Source of the DNA: Nemertoderma westbladi
Taxonomy: Eukaryota; Animalia; Xenacoelomorpha
Direction of reading: 5' to 3'
DNA length: 59,939 nt
NCBI GenBank assembly: GCA_032718475.1
Contig: JAUCBJ010006993.1
Location: 1-59,939 of the forward strand
The translations under genes and the position numbers were made by a program. Positions within the stretch are counted from its first letter, which is position 1. Each line of letters starts with the position of its first letter. The notes below the pieces were generated by a model. The model made no database searches and was not told the DNA's origin. It saw nothing but the letters and a program-made list of their open reading frames with translations. Shown piece after piece: positions 11,077 through 22,028 of this stretch.

Positions 11077-11655
11077 CTCTGAATAATAAATATTACGCTA
11101 CGCGTACAAACTACTCAAACAAAATGCAGACCAAATACCGACAGACTACTATCAAGCCTAAACAAACTACGGTATATGCAGACTCCGAAATGATTAGGTA
11201 GTATGCGTTCTAACTCAGTAGTACGACTTATTCTTTAGATGGGGGTTTACCTTACAGCATTGGCTGCCCCTACTTCCTAACCGTTCTTTGTCGGACAAGG
11301 GCTCTACACACACTACAATCCGTTCAGACCTAATAACAGCCAGACAACTATCCAGCCTACAAATTATCTAAATAAATATTATACGCTACCTGTACAGACT
11401 ACACAAACAAAGTACAGACTAAACGATGGCAGACTACTCTCAAGCCTAAATAAACTACAGGACATGCAGACTCCGAAATGATTAGGTAGTATGCGTTCTA
11501 ACCCAGTAGTACGACTTATTCTTTAGATGGGGGTTTACCTTACAGCATTGGCTGCCCCTACTTCCTAACCGTTCTTTATCGGACAGGTGCTCTACACACA
11601 CTGTAATCCGTTCAGACTTAACAACAATCAGACAACAGCTCAGCCTACAAATTGT
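11077..11655 (-). repeat. About 290-bp tandem duplication in the leader of Bel copy A
   Basis: Two near-identical blocks (tgcagactccgaaatgattaggtagtatgcg...tacttcctaaccgttc) at about 11177 and 11465. Confidence 0.85.
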
Positions 11656-12008
11656 CTGTACAAACTGATCAGACTTACACGCCTTCTGTTCAATACTGGC
11701 CTACAAATAAATAAAACTGACAGAAATAAGTAAGCTCCAAAAGAAACAAGGGGTGTACAGTCCCTAATCTCTTAAACAGCCTACCGGTATACAACAATCA
11801 AGTCGAATAATACTAATGTACTTATACGGAAGTACCGGTTAGGACAGTTAGGCCTACGGACCTACAGAAGTACCGGTTCTGGCAGTTGGACCTACGGACC
11901 TACGGCAGTACCGGTTCTGGCAGTTGGGCCTACTGACCTACAGATGTACCGTTCAGGTTTACCGGTTGACCGGTACTTTCAACTTTATTGCTTACTGCAA
12001 TAAAGAAG

Positions 12009-12021
12009 ATATATCCGTTAT
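12009..12021 (-). promoter_or_regulatory. Non-tRNA primer-binding site of copy A (ATAACGGATATAT in element sense)
   Basis: Abuts the LTR end, lacks TGG, and is the exact reverse complement of LTR positions 12789-12801. Confidence 0.7.
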
Positions 12022-13235
12022 TGTTCGCGCTTTCAGACCTTTGGCAGTTTAACCCGCCAAATTAGGATGTCTTCTATATAATAAATCACTTTTAGCCTAT
12101 GACAAGTATTTGATTCACTACACTAGTCGAAACCAATCTGTGCGCGATCATTCACCCGCTGGATATACCCGGGAGATTGGGTTCGACGGCTTAATCTTAT
12201 TGCTATGTAAGCCTAATGTATTATTCGACTGACAGTATTATATAATCTCTGACAATATTATTCACCTTCGGGGAATATTAACAGTTCCTTTAGGACGTGG
12301 CGCTCTATCTATATAAACAGAGTTATGACTTAAACTACTCACAACGATATGGCTTAGTTATAATTCATATATATGGCGCATTCTTTAGGAATTGCTTCTT
12401 TAACAGACTCACTCATACACAATGCTGCACAATACTGCACACTGATCTGCCGATCTTCACTGATTTTAGTTATATATAAAAGGAACACGGACCGACTCAT
12501 GTAGGGTCTATCAAATAACATTAGATTCACTTCAAACCACTTTAACATAAGTCACAATCGTTATATGTAACCCTTCTCTCTTACCTTCGGTATATCAAGA
12601 ATATTGGGTTTCGGGGTTATTTATCGTTATTCCAAATATAATAATTCATCAACCATATTATGAAGAACTGACAGTAAATAGCAGTATAACAATATAAAAG
12701 TATGCACAGGTATGTTTGATTAGGTATGTTGCATTGCATGAGTTTTGACAATCAGTTTTGGTTGTATTGAGTTGTTGGGATTGTTAAGATAACGGATATA
12801 TGTCCTTATAATTAAGCCTACTAGTGTAAGGCTAAAACAGAAAGCACAAAAATATTCCAAAGCCGCTCTCTCCTGGCTTAGGACAGAATGATAACACACT
12901 GAACACTGATAAGAATAACCTTATTTACAAAGGCTTCCACCCACCACAGAGAATGAGCATACAGATAGGAAAATTCAGTTCAGTAGATCTGTGATAGGTC
13001 GAAATCAAAACCAACTCAAATCCTATTGGCAGGTACAGAAAGCAGGGCTGCGGAGTAACCTTCCCAAGCTGGTTGGACGATCAAACATAGCCCAGATCCT
13101 TTCACACAGCAAATCAGCCAATCAGCCGGTAGCTTGCGCTATTCGAGTTATAGATCCCTTTTTAGAGTATTCCAGCGCATGGGGGGAACTGGTTAGCAAG
13201 GGAAACGAATCAGTTATCCCACAAAAGCTTTTACA
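12022..13235 (-). repeat. 5' LTR of Bel copy A (1214 bp)
   Basis: Element-sense termini TGTAAAAGCTTTTG...AAAGCGCGAACA match the copy B LTR termini. The downstream ~700 bp align with the copy B LTR; the upstream (U3) part does not align by eye. Confidence 0.8.
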
Positions 13236-14900
13236 GGCGCTGATTCCGAAAATGGCAAAATATTTGCACATTTATGGGTGTTTGATGGTAATTTTTGGTG
13301 TCAAATGTGGTGCTGCACCAAAATTTAAAAATTTGAAATTTTGGGTGAAAATTACAAAAGTTGCCATAACTCGAGAACAAAATACCTTATCGAAAAAGTG
13401 ATATCAGATTCGGAATTACCATAAAATTTCACATCGGAAAACACATAAAAAAAAAAAATGATGAAAAAAAGACTGGGGGTTAACCCCCCCTTAATCAAAT
13501 TTGGCCTTGTCGGTTCTGTCTGTATGCCTGTCAGTCTGTCTGTCAAAATATAACCGACAGTCTGACAGCCAAACAGACAATTTGGAAGTCATCAAAGGTT
13601 AAAATTGACACTCTAAATGAATTCTGCGACCAGGAAAACCCATATAGCTATACTTTTAGCTCAATGCTGTGCCTTTTTCTAATATTTGACAGACAGATAA
13701 GTCGGATGGTCAGAAAGACCGACAGACTGACATACAGACAAACTAGATTTCATTAAAATTGAAAACTGACCTCAGAAATGAAATAAGCGACCAGGAAAAC
13801 CCCCGTAGCATGTTTGATGCTTTCTTGTTGATAGATATATATTGACAGACTTTCTCACATATTAAAAGAAAATTTTTGCGCGGGAAGGTACAAATTTTAA
13901 AGCCAATTAATTTTCGAAATTTTGCTTCGAGATATCGAAATAGCATACATCTTTGATGCGATTTGAAAAATTAGAAATAAAAATACTCAAGATTGAATCT
14001 GCTGAAGGTTTTTGGATTTTTGTCCAAAAATTTGTCAATATTTTTCCAAATTTTTGAAAAATTCGAATTTTTTATTTTTATTCATAATTACAAATCTTCC
14101 ATTGACCTTCATACAAAGTTATGGTCGTTTCTGACAATGAGAAGTTGCTCTAACAAGGCAATATAAAAATTATGTCCATGTAGCGCTACCGGGGCCTTAA
14201 GTGGCGGTCATAAGATCCACCAGGCAGCATCATATGGTTGAAGTGATGGACCGCATTGTCAGTGCTTTAAGAGTTAGTTTTATTTTACCATAACAGTATT
14301 TATCACATTGTCAGTCAACATTGTCAATTGTCGCCAGCCAATGTCTGGAAGGCCAAAGTCTCCAAACGTAAATTTGAAAATTTTTGACCTCCCCTAGCGG
14401 CTGGCGGCGGAATTGAGAAATGAACTAAAAACACTATAGTAGCTCAATCTTGGTCCAAATTTCTTGAAACTTTTTTGGATTCAGCACGATGGACTCTACA
14501 AAATTTATCTTATATAGAAATTTTAATTAGCTAATTTTAATTAAATTAATTAATTGTAATTATTTTGATTAAAATAAGCTATTACATGAAATATAAAGAT
14601 TTTTTCGAAATTCTATAAGATACATTTTAAAGAACTGCCGAAACCCTTTCGAATGAGCCTAAAATCATGAAATTTGGTTGAAAAATGGCGGAGGAGTAGT
14701 GTTTTAAAAATGAAAAATGTCATTCTGAGATAATTGCCTAGGTCTGAGATAGGGGGGGGGGGGGGGGGGGGGGGGTGGAGGGGGGTAGGGGTCCCCCCCT
14801 TCCCCCATCCCCAAGTGAAATCTTATACTGAAATAACAGTGAGCTTATAAATCGATAAAGTGGACTGAAAATTGGACGTGCGAGTGTTTCTCCATAGGTG
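13236..14900. repeat. Degenerate interspersed repeat remnants (DNA-transposon-like)
   Basis: GTCT/AGAC-rich tracts, repeated gcgaccaggaaaacc (about 13626 and 13788) and a poly-G run. 14680-14735 resembles 59607-59660. Confidence 0.35.
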
Positions 14901-15209
14901 TCCCACTTTACTTATCCTGCCACTTTGAGGTTACTAGATTAAGAATCTATTGTTTTCAATGCTAACTGCTCAACTGCTAAATGCTAACTAATGCTTTCGG
15001 CTAAGAAGAAATGTAGATTAATTAATCATTATTACATTTTATTCTTATAGAATTTCGAGATTGAATCGATAGTTACAAACCCTCGACAGTGACGTTAAAT
15101 CTTCCCGAAGCTAAAAATGATTAATGTAAAAAATAAACAATTAAAAGTTACAAAAAAAACCAACAATAATTGCACTGCAAATGTGAGTTTGGCCACAGAA
15201 TGTCTGGGA

Positions 15210-16556
15210 TTAATCCCAAGTCTCACACACCATCCCCAAGTGGTGTTCAGTCACGTGGTTTACATCAACTAGTACATTATCAACGTCCACAGAACCATCC
15301 TCAACATCTTCGTCGTCACCAGAAGACGAATATTGAGGAAGAACAATGTGTTGTTTATCTGTATCCATGGTTACAGTTAGACTGGATGACAAAATATTTC
15401 GCAGCTGAGTGACGTCATCACACAACTCTTTCAGTAACTGACTGCGATTCCAAATATCTGAAATACCAATGACGTCATAGTCAAGGTTAACGTCCTCCCA
15501 TTGGTTATCTTTATTATTTCTAGAAAGATCGAAGGCCGTAGCTAATACTTCGTTACACACCCGGGTGTTCAACTCGAGAGGTCCGGGGTATTTAATGATC
15601 TCGACCAAGTCGTAAGGCAGAGAATCTGCGTGAATGTCTCGCTGATCCTGAGTGTTTGTGTCTCGAGTGAATATAGCAATCTGTGAGCAGTACCCTAGGT
15701 GTGAGTGCTGCTGGGGTGCTTCACCAACACCGTCATACATTACGGTGTAACCGTAAGTAACAGCCACACCAGCGCACCAGCGGTCGAACTCATCTCTCGT
15801 CCACTCAAACTTGTGGTCCCAATGCCTAAACCCGTCACCAAGAGACGGGAACAACACGTTAAACTCCCTATTGGGTGTCGTTATGACAACGACTTTGGGT
15901 CGCAGTTTGCCGAATACAGCTCGAGGGAACTCTACAAGTACCTCTGGTTCTAAATGTTCGATTAGTTCTATACAAGTAACCGCTTCCACATGCCTCAGTC
16001 TATAATCCGTGTCCGTAACACTGCCTGTATACAAACTTATATCCAACGCAACCTCCCTGACGTCGCGTGTAAGATAATCGTATGTCCCTGGTCGCAGACA
16101 CGCTACGTTGTTTGAAAGTAAACTAGAATCGATATCTACTCCCATAATGGCTCCAATGTAGGGTTCCGCTTTCAGACGGAATATAAACTTACATTCCGCA
16201 CAGCCAAAGTCGACAACAGTCTGCGGACGGAACCGTTTCAAAGTCGATATAACAAACATGTAACGTTGAATGTAAACGGGTGGATCGAATGAAAACCCTG
16301 GGATGTCCCCGATATCGCCGGTTGCATCGGGGTCAGCTGTTACACTCGGGTTCGATGAGTCCTCTGTTCCAGCAGCTATTAGTAAATCCTCTACGGTGTC
16401 CACCTCAGCGCTATTGAAGCTGTCCTCGGCGCTATTTGCGCTGTCCTCGGCGCTATTTAAGCTGTCCTCGGCGCTATTTAAGCTGTCCTCGGCGCTATTT
16501 AAGCTGTCTTCCACGCTATTCAGATTGTCCCCGGAGCAGGTTGCACCGGTAGACAT
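15210..16556 (-). CDS. HENMT1: Small RNA (piRNA) 3'-terminal 2'-O-methyltransferase HEN1, single ORF
   Basis: FDPPVYIQRY (FxPP motif), VVDFGCAEC (SAM motif I), IELIEHL, TPNREFN, FRHWDHKFEWTRDEF. First in-frame ATG is at 16556; an in-frame stop lies at 16623-16625. Confidence 0.95.
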   Translation of the reverse strand: MSTGATCSGDNLNSVEDSLNSAEDSLNSAEDSLNSAEDSANSAEDSFNSAEVDTVEDLLIAAGTEDSSNPSVTADPDATGDIGDIPGFSFDPPVYIQRYMFVISTLKRFRPQTVVDFGCAECKFIFRLKAEPYIGAIMGVDIDSSLLSNNVACLRPGTYDYLTRDVREVALDISLYTGSVTDTDYRLRHVEAVTCIELIEHLEPEVLVEFPRAVFGKLRPKVVVITTPNREFNVLFPSLGDGFRHWDHKFEWTRDEFDRWCAGVAVTYGYTVMYDGVGEAPQQHSHLGYCSQIAIFTRDTNTQDQRDIHADSLPYDLVEIIKYPGPLELNTRVCNEVLATAFDLSRNNKDNQWEDVNLDYDVIGISDIWNRSQLLKELCDDVTQLRNILSSSLTVTMDTDKQHIVLPQYSSSGDDEDVEDGSVDVDNVLVDVNHVTEHHLGMVCETWD

Positions 16557-16833
16557 ACTCTCTGCTCCTAAATATCCGTTTACCAACGGGATATTCGTAA
16601 ACTCATCCTCGTCCCTACTGTACTAAGAGGTCTGACAGCTGACTCAAGTACTAATCAATGTCTGAATGTACAGTATCCACTGTTCTTGACGTTGGTAAAT
16701 TCTATATGCTATTAACTAAAACTAGAGAACTAATTAAGTGCAGCAAAACTGCATAAAATACTATGAATGAAATAGGTACCGACCGGTACGTTATGGAGCG
16801 GGATGGTTTAGTTCAGATTTAAGGGCAGTAGTT

Positions 16834-17534
16834 TATGGCATACATTTAGTTTCAATATTCAATAATTTAATACGAGTGATATTATTGATCATTGTAAATG
16901 ATTTTTGCCATGCTGAATTATTTCGATTGATATTATTGGTTGTTTTAAATAAAGTTTTTCAACTTAATTATTTCGCTTGATATTATTGGTTGATTTAAAA
17001 CATTTTTGTCTGTTGAATTATTTTGCTTGATATTATTGCTCGATTTAAATAACTGTTGACTTATTTCAACCGATAATTATAGGTAGTTTTAAATGAGACA
17101 GTGAATTATTTCCACCTATAATTATTGGTCGTATTAAATGTAGCTATTAAAAGCAGCTGATCTCGTGATGATTAACTTCTCTGCTTATATACCATGCTTC
17201 ACTACCGTACCGGTACCACTGTGCACTATACAGCTGTACCAGAACTGCAGTATCTGAGTCAGCTGATCACATTTAAATCGACATATAATTATCGGTTGAA
17301 ATAAGTCAACTGTTATTTAAATCGAGCAATAATATCAAGCAAAATAATTCAACAGACAAAATGTTTTATTTAAATCAACCTATAATATTAAGCAAAATAA
17401 TGCAGTTTTGAAACATTATTTAAATTGAGCAATAATATCAATCGAAATAATTCAGCATGGCAAAAATCATTTAAAACGATCAATAATATCACTCGTATTA
17501 AATTATTGAATATTGATACCAAATGTATGCCATA
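16834..17534. mobile_element. Foldback/MITE-like element with long, internally repetitive inverted arms and a 6-bp TSD
   Basis: Termini TATGGCATACATTT...AAATGTATGCCATA, with GTAGTT at 16828-16833 and 17535-17540. Arms of about 260 bp are built of ~50-bp subrepeats. Confidence 0.85.
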
Positions 17535-17723
17535 GTAGTTGTGTGCAGCTATTCACTACTGCTTCAGCAGCCTAAACATAATACAGTATTACAAATAGGC
17601 CAAACTGCGATTTATTACATGATTGATTATTATGATTTCAATTGAATTTCCCGCTCATTGCCTCCACTGTTCAGAGATCCAACCAATAAATAATCTGACT
17701 AATACAGCAAACAGTACATTCTA

Positions 17724-19914
17724 TTAGGTCCGCTTAGAGAGACTAGTAGTAAGTAGTAACCACTCAGTTTGTTAGGTTCGCATAGCGAGACCTCTAGTAA
17801 GTAGTAACCACTCAGTTTGTTAGGTTCGCATAGCGAGACCTCTAGTAAGTAGTAACCACTCAGTTTGTTAGGTCCGCATAGCGAGACCTGTAGTATAGTA
17901 AGCAGTAACCACTCAGTTTGCTAGGTCAGCATAGCGAGACCTCTAGTAAGTAGTAACCACTCAGTTTGTTAGGTTCGCATAGCGAGACCTCTAGTAAGTA
18001 GTAACCACTCAGTTTGTTAGGTTCGCATAGCGAGACCTGTAGTATAGTAAGCAGTAACCACTCAGTTTGCTAGGTCAGCATAGCGAGACCTCTAGTAAGT
18101 AGTAACCACTCAGTTTGTTAGGTCCGCATAGCGAGACCTCTAGTAAGTAGTAACCACTCAGTTTGTTAGGTCCGCATAGCGAGACCTCTAGTAAGTAGTA
18201 ACCACTCAGTTTGTTAGGTTCGCATAGCGAGACCTCTAGTAAGTAGTAACCACTCAGTTTGTTAGGTTCGCATAGCGAGACCTCTAGTAAGTAGTAACCA
18301 CTCAGTTTGTTAGGTTCGCATAGCGAGACCTCTAGTAAGTAGTAACCACTCAGTTTGTTAGGTTCGCATAGCGAGACCTCTAGTAAGTAGTAACCACTCA
18401 GTTTGTTAGGTCCGCATAGCGAGACCTGTAGTATAGTAAGCAGTAACCACTCAGTTTGCTAGGTCAGCATAGCGAGACCTCTAGTAAGTAGTAACCACTC
18501 AGTTTGTTAGGTTCGCATAGCGAGACCTCTAGTAAGTAGTAACCACTCAGTTTGTTAGGTCCGCATAGCGAGACCTGTAGTATAGTAAGCAGTAACCACT
18601 CAGTTTGCTAGGTCAGCATAGCGAGACCTCTAGTAAGTAGTAACCACTCAGTTTGTTAGGTCCGCATAGCGAGACCTCTAGTAAGTAGTAACCACTCAGT
18701 TTGTTAGGTCCGCATAGCGAGACCTGTAGTAAGTAGTAACCACTCAGTTTGTTTGGTCCGCATAGCGAGACCTCTAGTAAGTAGTAACCACTCAGTTTGT
18801 TAGGTCCGCTTAGAGAGACCTCTACTAAGTAGTAACCACTCAGTTTGTTAGGTTTGCATAGCGAGACCTCTAGTAAGTAGTAACCACTCAGTTTGTTAGG
18901 TCCGCATAGCGAGACCTCTACTAAGTAGTAACCACTCAGTTTGTTAGGTTCGCATAGCGAGACCTCTAGTAAGTAGTAACCACTCAGTTTGTTAGGTTCG
19001 CATAGCGAGACCTCTAGTAAGTAGTAACCACTCAGTTTGTTAGGTCCGCACAGCGAGATCTCTAGTAAGTAGTAACCACTCAGTTTGTTAGGTCCGCATA
19101 GCGAGATCTCTAGTAAGTAGTAACCACTCAGTTTGTTAGGTCCGCATAGCGAGACCTCTAGTAAGTAGTAACCACTCAGTTTGTTAGGTCCGCATAGCGA
19201 GACCTGTAGTATAGTAAGCAGTAACCACTCAGTTTGCTAGGTCCGCATAGCGAGACCTCTAGTAAGTAGTAACCACTCAGTTTGTTAGGTTCGCATAGCG
19301 AGACCTCTAGTAAGTAGTAACCACTCAGTTTGTTAGGTCAGCATAGCGAGACCTCTAGTAAGTAGTAACCACTCAGTTTGTTAGGTCCGCATAGCGAGAC
19401 TTCTAGTAAGTAGTAACCACTCAGTTTGTTAGGTCCACATAGCGAGACCTGTAGTAAGTAGTAACCACTCAGTTTGTTATGTCCGCATAGCGAGACCTCT
19501 AGTAAGTAGTAACCACTCAGTTTGTTAGGTTTGCATAGCGAGACCTCTAGTAAGTAGTAACCACTCAGTTTGTTAGGTCCGCATAGCGAGACCTCTAGTA
19601 AGTAGTAACCACTCAGTTTGTTAGGTCCGCATAGCGAGACCTGTAGTAAGTAGTAACCACTCAGTTTGTTAGGTCCGCATAGCGAGATCTCTAGTAAGTA
19701 GTAACCACTCAGTTTGTTAGGTCCGCATAGCGAGACCTCTAGTAAGTAGTAACCACTCAGTTTGTTAGGTCCGCATAGCGAGACCTGTAGTAAGTAGTAA
19801 CCACTCAGTTTGTTTGGTCCGCATAGCGAGACCTCTAGTAAGTAGTAACCACTCAGTTTGTTAGGTCAGCATAGCGAGACCTCTAGTAAGTAGTAACCAC
19901 TCAGTTTGTTAGGT
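17724..19914. repeat. 48-bp minisatellite, about 45 units, with 53-bp variant units
   Basis: Unit GTTAGGT(C/T)CGCATAGCGAGACCTCTAGTAAGTAGTAACCACTCAGTTT; the variant carries CCTGTAGTATAGTAAGCAG. No unique spacers. Confidence 0.97.
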
Positions 19915-19922
19915 ATAGTTAC

Positions 19923-21097
19923 TGTAAAGGCTTTTGCGTAATTAGCCGGTTATTTTCCCCGTGAAGTACTCTGTAGTTGGTTTACCAGGCATAAAAGGGC
20001 CGTGTCCTTACTGTACTGGTGTTTTAGAGGACATAAAAGTAATTTCTTCTGTATGTGTACTTTAGCGGACATAATCCGCAATTCCATGACGCAAAAGCCG
20101 AAATACTCTTGGAACAGTGTAGTTACTAAGACGACAGCTAATAGCTGAGCTGTACACGTGGAGCCTCTGCACGGAGCCTTGGTTCTTTGTTCTGCTCAGC
20201 TCAAATGACGACATCTATCAGCTGTGTCCACGTCAGTTCGACCAATCAGAGATTTTCCCTTTGTGTAAAAGCTGTACAGCAGAATCCCATGATTCAGTAC
20301 TGACGTTTCCCCCACGCCTAGAACACCGGCCGGGGAATGTTTTCTGACATTAGAGCGTCTTTAATTATAAGATCATCAAACTGTTATCTTGGTCAACTTG
20401 GTTAAGTACACTTGCATTATTTACTGCTATTTACTGTGTTGTTAATTGTATCGTTCGTTTACATATTATTATTGGGAAGAATATTGATAACGATCCGAAA
20501 CCCCAATCTTCTTGATACACTAAGGTTAGAGAGACAGGTTACATATAACAATTTGCGACATACATTATCGTGGTTTGTAATGAGTTCAATGCTACTTAAT
20601 AGGCCCTACAAATGTCGGTTGTTATTCTCTTTATATATGATTAAAATCAGTGAATATCGGCAATTCAGTGTGCAATTGTGTGCAATAGTCTGTGTGTGCT
20701 TGACCGAGTAACAAAGCATTTCCTAAAGAATGCACTTTGGTGATCTATAAGACATACTGTTGTGTATAGTGTAAGTCATAGCTCTGTTTAAATAGATAGA
20801 GCGCCACGTCCTAAAGGAACTGCTAATATTTCCCGAAAGTGAATAATATTCGTCAGAGATTATATATTAACGATCAATCGAATAGTGCGGTAGGCCTGCA
20901 CCGCAATCAAATTAAAGCATCCAAATCCAGTCTCCCGGGTATATCCAGCGGGTGAATGGTCGCGCACAGACTGGCTTTGGCTAATGTTAGAATTATTATA
21001 GGTGTTCAATACTTGTCATAGGCTGGAGTAGATTTATAACCTAGAAGACATATAGATTTGGCGGGTTAAACTGCCAAAGGTCTTAAAAGCGCGAACA
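19923..21097 (+). repeat. 5' LTR of copy B
   Basis: TGTAAAGG...GCGCGAACA. Differences seen from the 3' LTR: 20277 C vs 30732 T and 21029 T vs 31484 C. CCAAT at about 20242 and TTAATTATAA at 20361. Confidence 0.97.
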
Positions 21098-21108
21098 ATA
21101 ACAGTTTG
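21098..21108 (+). promoter_or_regulatory. Non-tRNA primer-binding site of copy B (ATAACAGTTTG)
   Basis: Abuts the LTR end and is the exact reverse complement of CAAACTGTTAT at 20377-20387. Confidence 0.7.
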
Positions 21109-21449
21109 TTAAATTCTTGATTGCAGTGTAGGCAATAAATACAGTTTAATATTGTTCTGGTAAGAACAATAACAGTTTGTAGGATCTTGATTGCGGCGTA
21201 AGCGATCAAGACTAAGGTACCGGTCGACCGGTGACCAGTAGGCCTGACTGCCTGATCACCCGGACCGGTACTTACAACAGTACAGGTACAGCAGTACTAT
21301 TTCGATTGTGATATTGTATATTGTAGGCTGCTAGGGGATTAGGGATTGATCACCCCTCATTCCTTTGTATAGTTTATTTATATCTGTCAGTTTTATTTGC
21401 CTGTAAGTTAATATTGAGTAGAAGGCCGTGTAAGTCTGCTCAGATTGTT

Positions 21450-22028
21450 CAGATAATTGTAGGCTGGACTGTTGTCGGACTGTTGTTGGGTCTGAACGGA
21501 TTGCAGTGTGTGTAGAGTCTGTCCGATAAAGTGCCAGTTAGTAAGTTGGGGCATCCAGAGCTGTAAGGTCAACCCCCTCCTAAAGAATAAGTCGTACTAC
21601 CGTGTTAGAACGCATACTAACTAACCATTTCGGAATCTGCATATACTGTAGTTTATTTGGGCTTGATAGTAGTCTGCCAGCGTTTTAGCCTGTGTTTGTT
21701 TGTGTGGTCTGTTCAGGTACCGTAATTGTTATTACTCAGATATTTTGTAGGCTGGATTGTTGTCTAGCTATTATTAGGTCTGAAGAGATTGCTGCGTGTG
21801 TAGAGTTTGTCTGATAAAGTGCCAGTTAGTAAGTTGGGGCATCCAGAGCTGTAAGGTCAACCCCCTCCTAAAGAATAAGTCGTACTACCGTGTTAGAACG
21901 CATACTAACTAACCATTTTGGAATCTGCACATACTGTAGTTTATTTAGGCTTGATGGTAGTCTGCCAGCGTTTGGTTTGTATTTTGTTTGAGTATTCTGT
22001 ACGGGTAGCGTAATATTTATTATTCAGA
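21450..22028 (+). repeat. About 290-bp tandem duplication in the leader of copy B
   Basis: ttgtaggctgga...gataaagtgccagttagtaagttggggcatcc... occurs at about 21457 and 21745. Confidence 0.85.

Larger units (their letters stand above)
2572..13235 (-). mobile_element. Bel/Pao-derived non-autonomous LTR element, copy A; matching 3' LTR not present in the window
   Basis: Colinear reverse-complement homology to 20360-29480 of copy B: 5' LTR, long leader, Gag-protease ORF and long 3' region. Confidence 0.85.

Noticed and set aside
17724-19914. CRISPR-like appearance of the regular array
   Set aside because: Units are contiguous with no unique spacers, there are no cas genes, and the context is eukaryotic.
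20412-20711. Identical 99-aa hydrophobic ORFs at 20412 and 30867
   Set aside because: The identity just reflects the two LTRs. The start is TTG, and no equivalent ORF is listed for the copy A LTR.
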